A stretch of DNA of 64,000 bases from an uncultured Ignavibacteriales bacterium (GTDB lineage: Bacteria > Zixibacteria > MSB-5A5 > GN15 > FEB-12), in contig CAZNAI010000003.1 in NCBI GenBank assembly GCA_964571235.1, positions 77,924 through 141,923 on the forward strand, given 5' to 3'. The translations under genes and the position numbers were made by a program. Of the stretch, positions 8,189-18,629 are shown in pieces. The stretch's first letter is position 1; the number at the start of each line of letters is the position of its first letter. A model generated the notes under the pieces. That model saw only the letters and a list, made by a program, of their open reading frames with translations, made no database searches and was not told the origin of the DNA.

Positions 8189-11038
8189 ATGGCCGGCAAT
8201 GGAAATAAATACCAGCAATACCGCGACTTCCTGTTCGTTAAAGGAGCGCGGGAACACAATCTCAAAAACATCGATGTCAAAATCCCGCGCAATACCCTGA
8301 CGGTTATCACCGGTCTTTCCGGTTCCGGCAAGAGTTCGCTGGCCTTTGACACTATCTACGCCGAGGGTCAGCGGCGCTATGTCGAATCGCTCTCGGCCTA
8401 CGCCCGTCAGTTTTTGGGATTGATGGAAAAACCGGATGTCGACTTAATCGAGGGTCTTTCCCCCGCCATCTCCATTGAACAAAAAGGCGTGGTTAAGAAT
8501 CCCCGTTCGACTGTCGGCACGATCACAGAAATTTACGACTACCTCCGTTTGCTTTTTGCCCGTATCGGCGTGCCCCACTGTGTGAAATGCGGCCAGCCGA
8601 TCACCCAGCAAACCGCCGAACAAATTGTCGATTCAGTGTTGACCTATGAAGAAGGGACCCGCCTGATTGTGTTGGCGCCATTGGTGCGCGGCAAGAAAGG
8701 GGAACATCAGGAGATCATCGATGAGGCCCGTCGCGAAGGGTATGTCCGCCTGCGCGTCGACGGCGAGATTGTCGAGTCTGATTCTGTCCCCAAACTCGCG
8801 AAAAACGTCAAGCACACGATTGAAGCAGTCGTCGACCGCTTGGTAGTTCAGGACAAATCGAAATCGCGTTTGGCCGATTCGGTCGAGACGGCCCTGCGCA
8901 TGGCGGGCGGGACAGTCATCATCAATATCAAAAATCAGGATCTGCTTTTTTCCGAGCAGTTCGCCTGTCTGAATTGCAATATCAGTTACGAAGAACCGAC
9001 TCCGCGCCTTTTCTCGTTTAACTCGCCGTTTGGTGCGTGCAAAGTGTGCGACGGCCTCGGTCAGAAAATGGAAATCGCCCCTGAGCTGATTATCCAAAAT
9101 CCTTCGCTGTCGATCAACGAGGGCGCCATTCACCCGTGGGGTGGCGCGGAAATGTCGAACTGGTACCGGTACCGTCTGCGCGGTCTGGCCAATCACTTCA
9201 ATTTCAAATTCAGTACGCCGTTCAATAAGCTGTCTGAAAAAGTGCAGAAACTCATCCTCCACGGCTCAAGCGAAGAGATTACTTTTGAATACGAGCATGC
9301 CTCCGGTTCGGGCCACGGCTCTGGTGTTTACCAGTCTACTTTCGAGGGTGTGATCCCGCACCTTGAGCGTCGGTACAAACAGACCGAATCGGACGGTGTG
9401 CGCCAGTGGATCGAGAATTACATGACTGTCTCGCAGTGCCCTGCCTGCAAAGGAGCGCGACTTCGTCCAGAGGCGCTGGCCGTCATTATCGACCGCGAGA
9501 CAATTGATTCGGTGGTCGATATGTCGATCCGTCGCTCACGTGAATTTTTCAAATCGATCTCGCTAACCAAACGCCAGCAGACAATCGCCAAACAGATTCT
9601 CAAAGAAATCAACGAACGCCTCGGCTTTCTCTGCGATGTTGGCCTGGATTATCTCACCCTCGGTCGCGCGGCGGCGACACTTTCGGGCGGCGAGGCCCAG
9701 CGGATTCGTCTGGCTACTCAGATCGGTTCGCGACTGGTGGGTGTGCTGTACATTCTGGACGAACCCTCGATTGGCCTACACCAACGCGACAATCAGAAAC
9801 TCCTGCGCACGCTCATTGAATTGCGCGATATCGGAAACACGGTTCTGGTCGTCGAACACGACCGCGACACTATCGAACAAGCCGACTATGTCTTCGACCT
9901 TGGTCCAGGCGCCGGTATCCACGGCGGCCAGATTATCGCCTCCGGCACACCGGCCGAGATAAAAGCCAATCGAAAATCGATCACCGGCCAATACCTCGCG
10001 GGAACGAAAACAATCGCGGTCCCCGCCGAACGCCGCGCCCCCAACGGCAAGAAGATCAAACTGATCGGGGCGTCTGGCAATAATCTCAAAACTGTCGACG
10101 CTGAAATTCCGCTCGGGACATTTGTCGCAGTCACGGGTGTTTCCGGTTCCGGCAAATCGACTTTGATCAACGAAACGCTCTATCGTATTCTGGCGCGGCA
10201 CTTTTATGCCTCGCGCACCATGCCGTTGGCGCATAAATCTATCGACGGCGTCGAGCATATCGACAAAGTCATTGATATCGATCAATCGCCTATCGGCCGC
10301 ACACCGCGCTCCAACCCGGCGACCTACACCGGCCTGTTCACGCACATTCGCGACCTGTACGCCTCACTGCCTGATTCCAAGGCCCGTGCTTTTGGGCCGG
10401 GACGATTCTCGTTTAACGTCAAAGGGGGACGGTGCGAAGCGTGCGAAGGTGACGGCATCATCAAAATCGAAATGCACTTTTTGCCCGATGTCTATATCCC
10501 CTGCGAGGTCTGCAAAGGGAAACGCTACAACCGTGAAACGCTGGCGGTGACATTCAAGGGCAAGTCAATCGCCGACGTTCTGGACATGACCGTCGAAGAA
10601 GCGCTCAACTTTTTTGAAAATGTCCCGCGCATCAAAAAGAAACTGCTCACGCTCGCCAATGTCGGTCTTGGGTATATTCATCTGGGCCAGCAGGCGACTA
10701 CTCTTTCCGGCGGCGAGGCTCAGCGAGTCAAACTAGCGACCGAACTTTCCAAACTAGCCACTGGCCGCACATTGTACATCCTCGACGAACCAACCACCGG
10801 CCTGCACTTTGAAGATATCCGTATGTTGTTAGGCGTGCTCAACGAACTGGTCGACCGCGGCAACACCGTGGTGGTGATCGAACACAACCTCGACGTTATC
10901 AAAACCGCCGACTGGATAATCGATATCGGCCCGGAGGGTGGCGACGAAGGCGGCCGCATCATCGCTGTCGGCACCCCGGAAGATGTGGCAAAGGTTAAGG
11001 GCTCGTACACCGGGGAGTTTTTGAAGAAGGAGTTGTAA
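8189..11038 (+). CDS. uvrA: excinuclease ABC subunit A
   Basis: [17 protein letters not shown], two ABC modules ([12 protein letters not shown] and [20 protein letters not shown] twice) and zinc-finger Cys pairs. The track ORF starts at GTG 8135; ATG 8189 ([10 protein letters not shown]..) is the more plausible start. Confidence 0.95.
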   Translation: MAGNGNKYQQYRDFLFVKGAREHNLKNIDVKIPRNTLTVITGLSGSGKSSLAFDTIYAEGQRRYVESLSAYARQFLGLMEKPDVDLIEGLSPAISIEQKGVVKNPRSTVGTITEIYDYLRLLFARIGVPHCVKCGQPITQQTAEQIVDSVLTYEEGTRLIVLAPLVRGKKGEHQEIIDEARREGYVRLRVDGEIVESDSVPKLAKNVKHTIEAVVDRLVVQDKSKSRLADSVETALRMAGGTVIINIKNQDLLFSEQFACLNCNISYEEPTPRLFSFNSPFGACKVCDGLGQKMEIAPELIIQNPSLSINEGAIHPWGGAEMSNWYRYRLRGLANHFNFKFSTPFNKLSEKVQKLILHGSSEEITFEYEHASGSGHGSGVYQSTFEGVIPHLERRYKQTESDGVRQWIENYMTVSQCPACKGARLRPEALAVIIDRETIDSVVDMSIRRSREFFKSISLTKRQQTIAKQILKEINERLGFLCDVGLDYLTLGRAAATLSGGEAQRIRLATQIGSRLVGVLYILDEPSIGLHQRDNQKLLRTLIELRDIGNTVLVVEHDRDTIEQADYVFDLGPGAGIHGGQIIASGTPAEIKANRKSITGQYLAGTKTIAVPAERRAPNGKKIKLIGASGNNLKTVDAEIPLGTFVAVTGVSGSGKSTLINETLYRILARHFYASRTMPLAHKSIDGVEHIDKVIDIDQSPIGRTPRSNPATYTGLFTHIRDLYASLPDSKARAFGPGRFSFNVKGGRCEACEGDGIIKIEMHFLPDVYIPCEVCKGKRYNRETLAVTFKGKSIADVLDMTVEEALNFFENVPRIKKKLLTLANVGLGYIHLGQQATTLSGGEAQRVKLATELSKLATGRTLYILDEPTTGLHFEDIRMLLGVLNELVDRGNTVVVIEHNLDVIKTADWIIDIGPEGGDEGGRIIAVGTPEDVAKVKGSYTGEFLKKEL

Positions 11039-11047
11039 GCTTCCCCC

Positions 11048-11890
11048 ATGCCCTCCCCCTACTCCCTCCCCCAAATCTACGACATCGCCTTTGATTTTCG
11101 CGACGTACCCGGCGAGTGCGATTTTCTTTTGAAAGTCGCAGGCGATCAACTCGGCCGACCGGTCCGCTCCGCTATCGAACTTGCCTGCGGCCCCGCATAC
11201 CATGTCCGCGAGTTCGCGCGACGAAACCTGATTTCCCACGGCCTTGACAACTCTCCCGAAATGGTGACCTATGCAAATGAGCTAATTACGCGAGAAAAAC
11301 TCGACGCCAAAATTTTTCTCGGAGACATGCGCAACTGGCAATCCGATCAGAAATACGACCTCGCTTATATCCTGATCGCATCGTTCGCCCATCTGTTGAC
11401 CAACCGCGACATCCTCGACCATCTCAACTGTGTGGCCGACATGCTCACGGACGACGGCCTCTACATCATCTCCACTGCCCACCCGCGCGACTTCTGGCAC
11501 GAGGCACACAGCGCTACGACCGACTCGGGTAACGTGCCGTCGGGCGTCCTCAAAGGGCGGCCCGATTTGGCTGACGACACCTCGTGGACTCAATCTCGCG
11601 ACGGCTTCACTGTCACCACCAACTGGGGCGGAACGAATCAGCAGTTCGATCCGCTCACTGAGATTGACGACGTTGTTATTTCTTTTGACGTAGAGCACAA
11701 CGGCCAGACCACTCGCCATGAATTTCCGACCCAGCTCCGCCGCTTGTCATTTCAGATCTTCATGGCATTGGTGCAATTGTCGGGAAGATTTGCGGTGGTC
11801 GATATGTACGGTGATTTCGATCTCGACACAAAGTTATCCAACGACCCCGCCTCTGTCCGTTTCGTGCCGGTTCTCAAAAAACTGTCGTAA
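11048..11890 (+). CDS. class I SAM-dependent methyltransferase-like protein
   Basis: SAM-binding-type string AIELACGPAYHVREFARR..GLDNSPEMV and an acidic loop FLGDM. Substrate unknown. Confidence 0.65.
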   Translation: MPSPYSLPQIYDIAFDFRDVPGECDFLLKVAGDQLGRPVRSAIELACGPAYHVREFARRNLISHGLDNSPEMVTYANELITREKLDAKIFLGDMRNWQSDQKYDLAYILIASFAHLLTNRDILDHLNCVADMLTDDGLYIISTAHPRDFWHEAHSATTDSGNVPSGVLKGRPDLADDTSWTQSRDGFTVTTNWGGTNQQFDPLTEIDDVVISFDVEHNGQTTRHEFPTQLRRLSFQIFMALVQLSGRFAVVDMYGDFDLDTKLSNDPASVRFVPVLKKLS

Positions 11891-11961
11891 CAAATCCTTC
11901 TCCCTTTGGGAGAAGGTGCGCTTCGCGAAGGGCGGATGAGGGGTGTACAATTATCACGTTT

Positions 11962-12196
11962 GTAGAGCGGGTTCGTCTTTGAACCCGCCTCTCTTCTTTC
12001 GTTCGTAGGTCAATCCCGGCCGCCAACGGCGGATCGGGGTTGACATGCAGTATCAAAAGAAGATGTCACCCGCGAAGACGCGAGTGACCTACGAAGAGTT
12101 ATGGTTTAGCACTCGTAGGGCGGGAGCCCTTCGCACTCGCCTTGTCATCGCGAATGTATGAACAAACATGGCAGGAGCACGGGGCTCCTGCCCTAC
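11962..12196. repeat. cluster of GTAG-headed hairpins (REP/REPIN-like) between convergent genes
   Basis: GTAGaGCGGGTTCgtctttGAACCCGC (11962-11988); GTAGGTCAATCCCGGCCGCCaaCGGCGGATCGGGGTTGAC (12005-12044); GTCACCCGCGaagaCGCGAGTGACCTAC (12065-12092); GTAGGGCGGGAGCC.. (12115-); GGCAGGAGCacggGGCTCCTGCcCTAC (12170-12196). Confidence 0.7.
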
Positions 12197-12298
12197 TTGA
12201 ATTTCCAATTTGTAAATACACTCCAAATACAAAGCGGCGAAGCCCCCAGGCTCGCGGCCCAGCCGCGCGGCGAAGGCCCAAGGCCGTCACCCTGCGAC

Positions 12299-12328
12299 AA
12301 AACGCCGCCGCAGAAAACTGCGGCGGCG
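12299..12328 (-). terminator. probable rho-independent terminator of the 12386..12916 gene
   Basis: CGCCGCCGCAG-aaaa-CTGCGGCGGCG (12303-12328). On the minus strand it is followed by a short U-run (complement of 12299-12302). Confidence 0.45.
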
Positions 12329-12385
12329 TAGTAGACCCGGGGTACCGCGTGGACAGCATCCCGTCCAGGAGCGATTCCGGTCGTT

Positions 12386-12916
12386 CTAGTTCTTGGAGAT
12401 CTCGGGGGCGTCTTTTTCCGAGGCCAGTTTCAGTTTCGGCAATCCCACATCGCGACGGATCAACTCAACATAGTCACCGAGCAATCGATATTTGTAACTG
12501 AACGCGTCCGACTTGGCGATCGATTCGACCAATAGCCGCTTGACATTGACCGCTGAGCGGAGAAACTCAACCGAATCGTTAAGCGAACTGGCGCCTGAAT
12601 CAACTTTGGCAAAGGAGGCATCAGTCGACTGCTCACGCTGGGGAGCGCTGGCCAGAATTTTCATAAGGCGTTCGCGCGATTGATTTAAGTCGATCGTCAA
12701 CAGGCGTAGAATTTGTTTTTCAAGATCATGTGATTCGCTGTCGCTTCCAGTTAACACCGACTGGTACCACTCTTCCATTAAGAAGGTAACTGAGTCAGCC
12801 GTCGCAACCGGAGCCGTCGATTGGACGGTGTCTCCTTTGAGGTCTTTTTCTTCGGCCTGGGCTATCCCCAAACCCACAACAAGCAACATCCCTGACAACC
12901 ATGCGTATTTCTTCAT
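12386..12916 (-). CDS. hypothetical secreted protein
   Basis: Start placed at ATG 12916 (MKKYAWLSGMLLVVGLGIAQAEE = signal peptide); the track ORF extends to 12958. No recognisable domain. Confidence 0.55.
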   Translation of the reverse strand: MKKYAWLSGMLLVVGLGIAQAEEKDLKGDTVQSTAPVATADSVTFLMEEWYQSVLTGSDSESHDLEKQILRLLTIDLNQSRERLMKILASAPQREQSTDASFAKVDSGASSLNDSVEFLRSAVNVKRLLVESIAKSDAFSYKYRLLGDYVELIRRDVGLPKLKLASEKDAPEISKN

Positions 12917-13105
12917 ACTGTTGTTCCCTCTGTTTCCTTCTCTCCTGCCCAGGAACAACTCAAGAACCGTGCCCGATGGTCAAACCTACCGCCCGCCAAT
13001 AAGTTCAGCACATCGCGTCCGGGACAAATGATAAGGGATACCCGCCACTGTATGGGATGAGCCCCATACCTGTACGAGAGTCGATGAAATTGGACTAGTG
13101 GGAGG

Positions 13106-14113
13106 CTATTTCTTGCGCGATTGCTCAACCGAGTCGGCAACCCTTCGGTTGTCCTGCTTGGTCTTTTGCATTTCAATCAGCGCAAGCATCTGATAGCCGA
13201 GCGTCGAGTCAACGTGAAAGAGCTTATACAGAATCGTGTCGGCGCGGGCAAACTGCCGGGTTAGCGCGGCGGTCGCGCCGAGTGATATCCACGCCGGATA
13301 GAAGTTTGAGTCTACCTTAATCGCTTTTTCAAAGTACGGCTGAGCGGCGACGAACTTCTCTTTCTGAGCCAGTAGGAGCCCCATCGCCTGTAAACACTCT
13401 TTGTATCCCGGCCTCAGTTCAATTGCTTTTTGGAAGTTCTTTTCGGCCGCCTCAAAGTCGCCCCGTTGGCGCTTGGCCGTGCCTAGAAAATAGAAAAGCT
13501 CCGCGGTTTCTCCCCCCAGCTCCACACTTTTCTCGAAGTAAACAACCGCACTGTCGTACTTTTTGTCTGCCGCAAAGCAATTGCCGATCAGAAAGCTCGG
13601 CAGAGGATTCGTGGGCGATAGCGTCTGTGCACGTTGAAGATTGGGCAGGGCTTTCTGGAGCCGGCCGATCTTGAGCAGTTCCCCACCCAATCCGGTCAGA
13701 TAGATGGCTGAGTTTGAATCAGCCGCTACCGCCATCTCGAAATACCGGATTGCGTCGGTCGGACGGTCCAAATTTGAGTATATCGCTCCGAGGTTATTGC
13801 AAGTTTCTGGGTCGTTTGGTTTGAGTCGGTCGGCTTTCTCAAGATAGACCCGTGCCTGATCGTTCCGGCCGGTGGCGCCGTACGCCGCGCCAAGATTTCG
13901 CAAGGCGGTCAGATTCACCGAATCGAGCCGTAGAGCGGCGGCCAGATACGGAATCGCTTCGTTGTACTGCCCTTTTTTGAGCGTCGATCCCCCCAAGCTC
14001 AGATAAATCTCAAGCGAGTCATTCGGTCCGGCCGTCACTGCTCCCCGACCGATCACCAGACAAATCGCCGTCAATAGGACTTGAAAGAATGTGGTTCTCT
14101 TGAGTTTCATCAT
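13106..14113 (-). CDS. secreted tetratricopeptide-repeat (TPR) protein
   Basis: Start at ATG 14113 (MMKLKRTTFFQVLLTAICLV..). Repeated 34-aa A-x3-Y/F..G-x2-Y-x-x-A-I-x-x-F/Y-x-x-A pattern throughout (e.g. GQYNEAIPYLAAALRLD, KKYDSAVVYFEKSVEL). Confidence 0.8.
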   Translation of the reverse strand: MMKLKRTTFFQVLLTAICLVIGRGAVTAGPNDSLEIYLSLGGSTLKKGQYNEAIPYLAAALRLDSVNLTALRNLGAAYGATGRNDQARVYLEKADRLKPNDPETCNNLGAIYSNLDRPTDAIRYFEMAVAADSNSAIYLTGLGGELLKIGRLQKALPNLQRAQTLSPTNPLPSFLIGNCFAADKKYDSAVVYFEKSVELGGETAELFYFLGTAKRQRGDFEAAEKNFQKAIELRPGYKECLQAMGLLLAQKEKFVAAQPYFEKAIKVDSNFYPAWISLGATAALTRQFARADTILYKLFHVDSTLGYQMLALIEMQKTKQDNRRVADSVEQSRKK

Positions 14114-14265
14114 CGTTGCTTGTACACGAAAATTGGTTTTTCGACCACTGTCCACCGCCGCTCTGGCTATGAGGACACTACATATATACCGGTTGTTCGG
14201 AATCAGTGCAATACAGAGTACCGTGGAAGATCACGATATTGACGCAGAACCTAACAGGCTCGGCT

Positions 14266-14937
14266 TTATGACCGGGTCCGCTTCTGCATGTGGTTGTTCA
14301 CCATCGCAAACGAGAGATACTCAAGTTCCATCGACATGTTCTCGTGTCTGATATACACGTCGTCGGGGACTTTCAGATTAATCGGCGCAAAATTCAATAT
14401 CGCTTTGATCCCCGCCTTGATGACATCGTCAACGATATACTGCGCCACCGAGGCCGGCACCGCCACAATGACGACTTCGATCTTGGCATCACGAAGCTCC
14501 TGCTCTAAGGCACGGACATCCGAAACGACAATTCCCTTGTGATTTGAGCCGATCTTGCGCTGATCGTTATCGAACAACTTGACGATCTGAAATCCTTGTC
14601 TGCTGAATTCCTTGTAGCTGACCAGGGCCGAACCGATGTTTCCGATACCAATGAGCGCCACCCGCCAGGTCCGGTCGATCCCGAGAATAGTGGCAATCTG
14701 CGCCTTGAGTTCCTTGACCGGGTACCCCAGCCCACGAGTACCGAATGAGCCAAAAAACGACAGGTCTTTGCGTACCTGCGCGGGCGTAAGCTTCTCGCGG
14801 CGGGCCAGTTCCTTGGATGAGACAGTCTCGTAATTGTCCTTTTCCAAAAGCGATAACGCTCTGAAATACAACGATAAACGGTGAATCGTCGATTCCGAAA
14901 TACGCTTTCGGCCAAGAACCGGGAACGTGTTTTTCAA
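14266..14937 (-). CDS. rex: redox-sensing transcriptional repressor Rex
   Basis: RLSLYFRAL..VSSKELA..AQVRKDLSFFGSFGTRGLGY winged helix, then Rossmann IGIGNIGSAL. Confidence 0.9.
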   Translation of the reverse strand: MKNTFPVLGRKRISESTIHRLSLYFRALSLLEKDNYETVSSKELARREKLTPAQVRKDLSFFGSFGTRGLGYPVKELKAQIATILGIDRTWRVALIGIGNIGSALVSYKEFSRQGFQIVKLFDNDQRKIGSNHKGIVVSDVRALEQELRDAKIEVVIVAVPASVAQYIVDDVIKAGIKAILNFAPINLKVPDDVYIRHENMSMELEYLSFAMVNNHMQKRTRS

Positions 14938-14974
14938 GCTCAGATTTGCCTTTCGGGTAATAGTATACCGTTTA

Positions 14975-14990
14975 TGTGAAAAGCTTCACA
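14975..14990. promoter_or_regulatory. Rex operator (ROP-type inverted repeat) in the rex upstream region
   Basis: TGTGAA-AAGC-TTCACA, a perfect inverted repeat 38 nt upstream of the rex start. It matches the published Rex-box core TGTGAA-n4-TTCACA. Confidence 0.65.
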
Positions 14991-15106
14991 AGTACTAAAG
15001 AATACCCATTCTTCAAAATCTGTCAAGTGAAATTTGTAACTAATACAGTCCGGTATTTGCCGGCCCTATCTTCCCATCGGCGATGTCGGCAGTCCATTTT
15101 TCCGCC

Positions 15107-16282
15107 CTAACGGACAATCAGTCGCGGGATAGCGGCCGAAAGTCGGGCCAACAGCTCATAATTGATCGTCCCTGCCTGGGCCGCCAATTGCTCCGCGGTG
15201 ATCCGCTCGCGGCCATCACGGCCGATCAGGGTGACCGGGTCATGGAGTTTCACTCCCGGTATATGAGTGATATCAACCATCATCAAGTTCATGCAGATAC
15301 GCCCGCGTACCGGCGCCCGTTTCCCCTTGATCAGCACATACGATTGATTGGAAAGTGCCCGGTCGTACCCGTCGTAATACCCGATCGGCAAAACAGCCAG
15401 TTTGGTGGGGGCGCTGGTTCGGTAGGTACATCCGTACCCGATAAACTCTCCCGCCTTGATCTGCTTTAATTGAGTCACGCGTGTTTTCCAAGCGAGAGCC
15501 GGCTCAAACAGATCGTTGTGTCTTCCCTTCATATGAAAACTGACGTACGTCTCTTTCGACGGCCAGTGACCGTAAAGCGATATCCCCGGGCGGACCATTT
15601 CAAAGTGTGTTTTGCTAAACAAAATCATCGCCGCGGAAGACGCCGTGTGCCGAACTTTTGGGCCGATACCAAGCACCCGCAGACGCTCTACCAGTGACAC
15701 AAATTGTTCAAGCTGATACTGCGCATATTCGTGAGAGGTAGTGTCTTCGATATTGGCGAAATGCGTCGAGGCGCCGAACGGCTGTAATAACGGATACTTC
15801 TTGAATATCTTCGCAAAGGCCGGCAGTTCCTTTTCGGTGATCCCCTGTCGGTTTGTACCGGTTTCGAGCTTGATGTGTGCGCGAATTGTCTTTCCGGTCC
15901 GCTTTGATAACTTCCCAAGTCCGTTCAATGTCTCTGTATCGAAAACAACCGGCTCAATATCACGCTCGGCTACTAAATCCAATGCAGCAAGCGAAACCGG
16001 CCCCAATAACAACAGGCGTCGACTCCATCCGTGCTCTCGGCAAACAATCGCTTCTTCGATCGAATGCACCGACAGATAATCAACCTGCTTTGATCGAGTC
16101 AACATGCTCACGATCTGGGGCAGACCGTGGCCATAGGCGTTGGCCTTCACCGACGGCGCCAGCAGTCGTCCGCGCACCAGTTTGGCGAGCGCTTTGACAT
16201 TGCGCTCCAGCGCCGAGCGCGACAATTCTATCCAATTTAAGAGTGGTGGAGACGACATGCCGATTTTATAGCAGAAAGCCAA
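15107..16282 (-). CDS. alr: alanine racemase
   Basis: PLP-lysine motif VKANAYGHG and C-terminal PIGYYDGY..RGRICMNLMMVD. The track start is TTG 16282; ATG 16258 (MSSPPLLNW) is an alternative. Confidence 0.9.
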   Translation of the reverse strand: MAFCYKIGMSSPPLLNWIELSRSALERNVKALAKLVRGRLLAPSVKANAYGHGLPQIVSMLTRSKQVDYLSVHSIEEAIVCREHGWSRRLLLLGPVSLAALDLVAERDIEPVVFDTETLNGLGKLSKRTGKTIRAHIKLETGTNRQGITEKELPAFAKIFKKYPLLQPFGASTHFANIEDTTSHEYAQYQLEQFVSLVERLRVLGIGPKVRHTASSAAMILFSKTHFEMVRPGISLYGHWPSKETYVSFHMKGRHNDLFEPALAWKTRVTQLKQIKAGEFIGYGCTYRTSAPTKLAVLPIGYYDGYDRALSNQSYVLIKGKRAPVRGRICMNLMMVDITHIPGVKLHDPVTLIGRDGRERITAEQLAAQAGTINYELLARLSAAIPRLIVR

Positions 16283-16371
16283 CGGCGAGACAAGATAAAG
16301 GTGCGGTCTGCTGAATCCCGATCTGATGGTTGAATCCGTCGGTGGCAGAGTACCATGCGCCCCGGCGCAAT

Positions 16372-17175
16372 CTATCGCAATCGTACCAATAGTCGTTCGA
16401 CCGATTCCTTGCGCTGACGGGAAAGCGGAATCGATTTGCCGCTCCGAAGAGTCAGTTTGTAGTTGCCGCTCATATCCGATACCAACTCGCGAACAACTTT
16501 GAGATTCACCAGCGCTTTGCGATGCGATCGAGCAAAGAACTTTCCGATCAGCATTCGCTCCAGATTCCGAAGGCTCTCCCGAAGCATATACCGTTTATCT
16601 GCTGTATGGATCACGCTGTAATAGTCGGCCGCCTCTATCCATTCTATCTCGTCGACCGGAACATAACTTGTCCGGGCGCCGTCACGGACCGAAATTCGCA
16701 TCGGTTCAGCCGACTCCGCCTGCTCAAGACCGGCCGGCGGCAATCGCGACTCATACATCTCGACCAGCCCTTTGATTTGGCGAATGAAATCGTCCTCATG
16801 TTTCTCGTTGAGGCGCTGACGTGCCCGGTCAAGTGAGTCTCTTAGCCTTTTTTCGGAGAACGGCTTTAGGAGATAATCGACGGCGTTTATTTCAAATGCC
16901 TTCAACGCAAAGCTGTCAAAAGCGGTCACGAACACCGTCAGCGGCATTTTGTGAAGTCCGACTCTCTGCACAACTTCTATTCCTGTCAACCGTGGAAGCT
17001 GGATGTCCAGGAAAACCAAATCAATGCTTACTTCAGCAAGCAGTTTCACCGCCTCTTCACCATTGCTCGCCTCGCCGACGATCTTCACTCGCGGCTGAGA
17101 TTCAAGCATGTGCCGCAAGAGTTCCCGCGCCAACGGCTCGTCTTCAACTATTAGAGTTCGAAGGTCGCGGTCCAT
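16372..17175 (-). CDS. LytR/AlgR-family response regulator (receiver + LytTR DNA-binding domain)
   Basis: Receiver (LIVEDEP.., DLVFLDIQLP) plus LytTR strings (IEWIEAADYYSVIHT.., FFRSHRKALVNL-like: FARSHRKALVNLKVV). Confidence 0.9.
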   Translation of the reverse strand: MDRDLRTLIVEDEPLARELLRHMLESQPRVKIVGEASNGEEAVKLLAEVSIDLVFLDIQLPRLTGIEVVQRVGLHKMPLTVFVTAFDSFALKAFEINAVDYLLKPFSEKRLRDSLDRARQRLNEKHEDDFIRQIKGLVEMYESRLPPAGLEQAESAEPMRISVRDGARTSYVPVDEIEWIEAADYYSVIHTADKRYMLRESLRNLERMLIGKFFARSHRKALVNLKVVRELVSDMSGNYKLTLRSGKSIPLSRQRKESVERLLVRLR

Positions 17176-17178
17176 ACG

Positions 17179-18327
17179 TTAGGCCGGGTGGGCGGCGAGG
17201 GTTTTGGTGTGAAACGGAAGTTCTATTGTCACGCTGGCGGCCCCGGCGCTCCCCGACTCAAGTTCGATCCGGTGATTGTCGCCATAGAGTGTCCGCAGTC
17301 GGGCGCTTGTGTTGGATAGGCCGATTCCGAAGCTCCCTTCGCTCATTGTCGATGGTTCTTCCCCCCCAGACCCGCTGTTATTCACCACGATGATCAGATC
17401 GCCGTTTCGTTTTGTCACTGCGATTGAAATCGATCCGGCCCCCCCTGTCCGTTCGATCCCATGGCGCACCGCATTCTCAACAATCGGCTGTAGTAGAAAC
17501 CCCGGAACTAAGGCCTCGCTTGTGGTCTCGTCAATCGATGTCGAGATCGCCAGTTGCCGCCCAAAACGTATTTTCACGATTTCGAGGTAATGCCCGAGCA
17601 GTTCCAGTTCTTCCCGCAGGGGAATCTCCCCGCGCGACACTCCCGCAAGCGACGAACGAAGCAGTTCAGCAATTCCGTTGAGCATATCGATCGCCTTGGC
17701 GGTGTCCCCTTTGCGCACCAGCGCACCGAGAGCGTGTAGCGAGTTAAAGAGAAAATGAGGTTGGAGTTGCAGGCGAAGCGAGGTGAGCTGTGCTTCGGCA
17801 AGTCGAGTTTCCAGGCGCGACGCCTGCAGGCGCTGGTCATGATACGCCCGGTAATATCCCAGCGCATGCTCCACTCCTATCATCGCCCAAAAGGCGAGCA
17901 GGAAAAAGGTGCTGTGGACCGACAGCACAAACCCAAGCATCTCCTCAAAAGAATTGCCGTGATCCACATGCGAGAGATTAGCAAGCAAAATGACGGCATA
18001 CGCCAGCAGATAGAGAAGTGTGCCGACAACACTCGCCACCATCAGAATGATACTGTTTCGCAAGGCGTTGGGTGGCTCGATCCGGAAACGACTGGCGAGC
18101 GTCAAGATCAGCGGGGTGATTCCTCCCCAGATAAGCCAGAGCACAACTTTGACCCGGTGCAATTCCCACCAGGTGTACGGGTAGTCGCTTGGCGGAAACC
18201 AACGCCAGAACATTGCGGATAACGTCCCGATCAAAACCCACAGAGCAAGATAGACCCCACGTCGCACCCGCTTGTCAGGAAACATCGTGTGGTAAAGCTC
18301 GAGCGTCTCACTTCTTGTGACCGACAT
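17179..18327 (-). CDS. LytS/YehU-type sensor histidine kinase
   Basis: N-terminal TM bundle, His_kinase motif LQLQPHFLFNSLHAL and an HATPase_c region (ENAVRHG.., GIGLSNT). A 4-nt gap separates it from the response-regulator gene. Confidence 0.85.
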   Translation of the reverse strand: MSVTRSETLELYHTMFPDKRVRRGVYLALWVLIGTLSAMFWRWFPPSDYPYTWWELHRVKVVLWLIWGGITPLILTLASRFRIEPPNALRNSIILMVASVVGTLLYLLAYAVILLANLSHVDHGNSFEEMLGFVLSVHSTFFLLAFWAMIGVEHALGYYRAYHDQRLQASRLETRLAEAQLTSLRLQLQPHFLFNSLHALGALVRKGDTAKAIDMLNGIAELLRSSLAGVSRGEIPLREELELLGHYLEIVKIRFGRQLAISTSIDETTSEALVPGFLLQPIVENAVRHGIERTGGAGSISIAVTKRNGDLIIVVNNSGSGGEEPSTMSEGSFGIGLSNTSARLRTLYGDNHRIELESGSAGAASVTIELPFHTKTLAAHPA

Positions 18328-18629
18328 ACTTCAATATATATCGAACCTCGTCGGATTCAACACGTCAATCGACGTACTTGTTTTTTTCTGCGTCGCTGAT
18401 CGAACGCTTTCGCGAGTTACAAACGACCAGCTCAAAATAGTTCCCTGCGTGGCGACTACCATTCACTGCACTTTTCTTCCATTGGCGGAATCGACCGGCG
18501 CAAATCGCAACTGCCTCACGTTATTGATCTGCAGAGCGGTATCTGCCGCAACATCGGCCCCGCCACAAAAAATCAGTCGGGGTCCATATCACCGAGTACA
18601 CAAACAGTCGTAATAAACGAGGAGATATC

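Noticed and set aside
18317-18613. 98-aa ORF in the divergent promoter region between the histidine kinase and the FG-GAP protein
   Set aside because: It has no RBS and a hydrophobic low-information sequence, and its start overlaps the kinase start codon region. It is probably non-coding promoter DNA.
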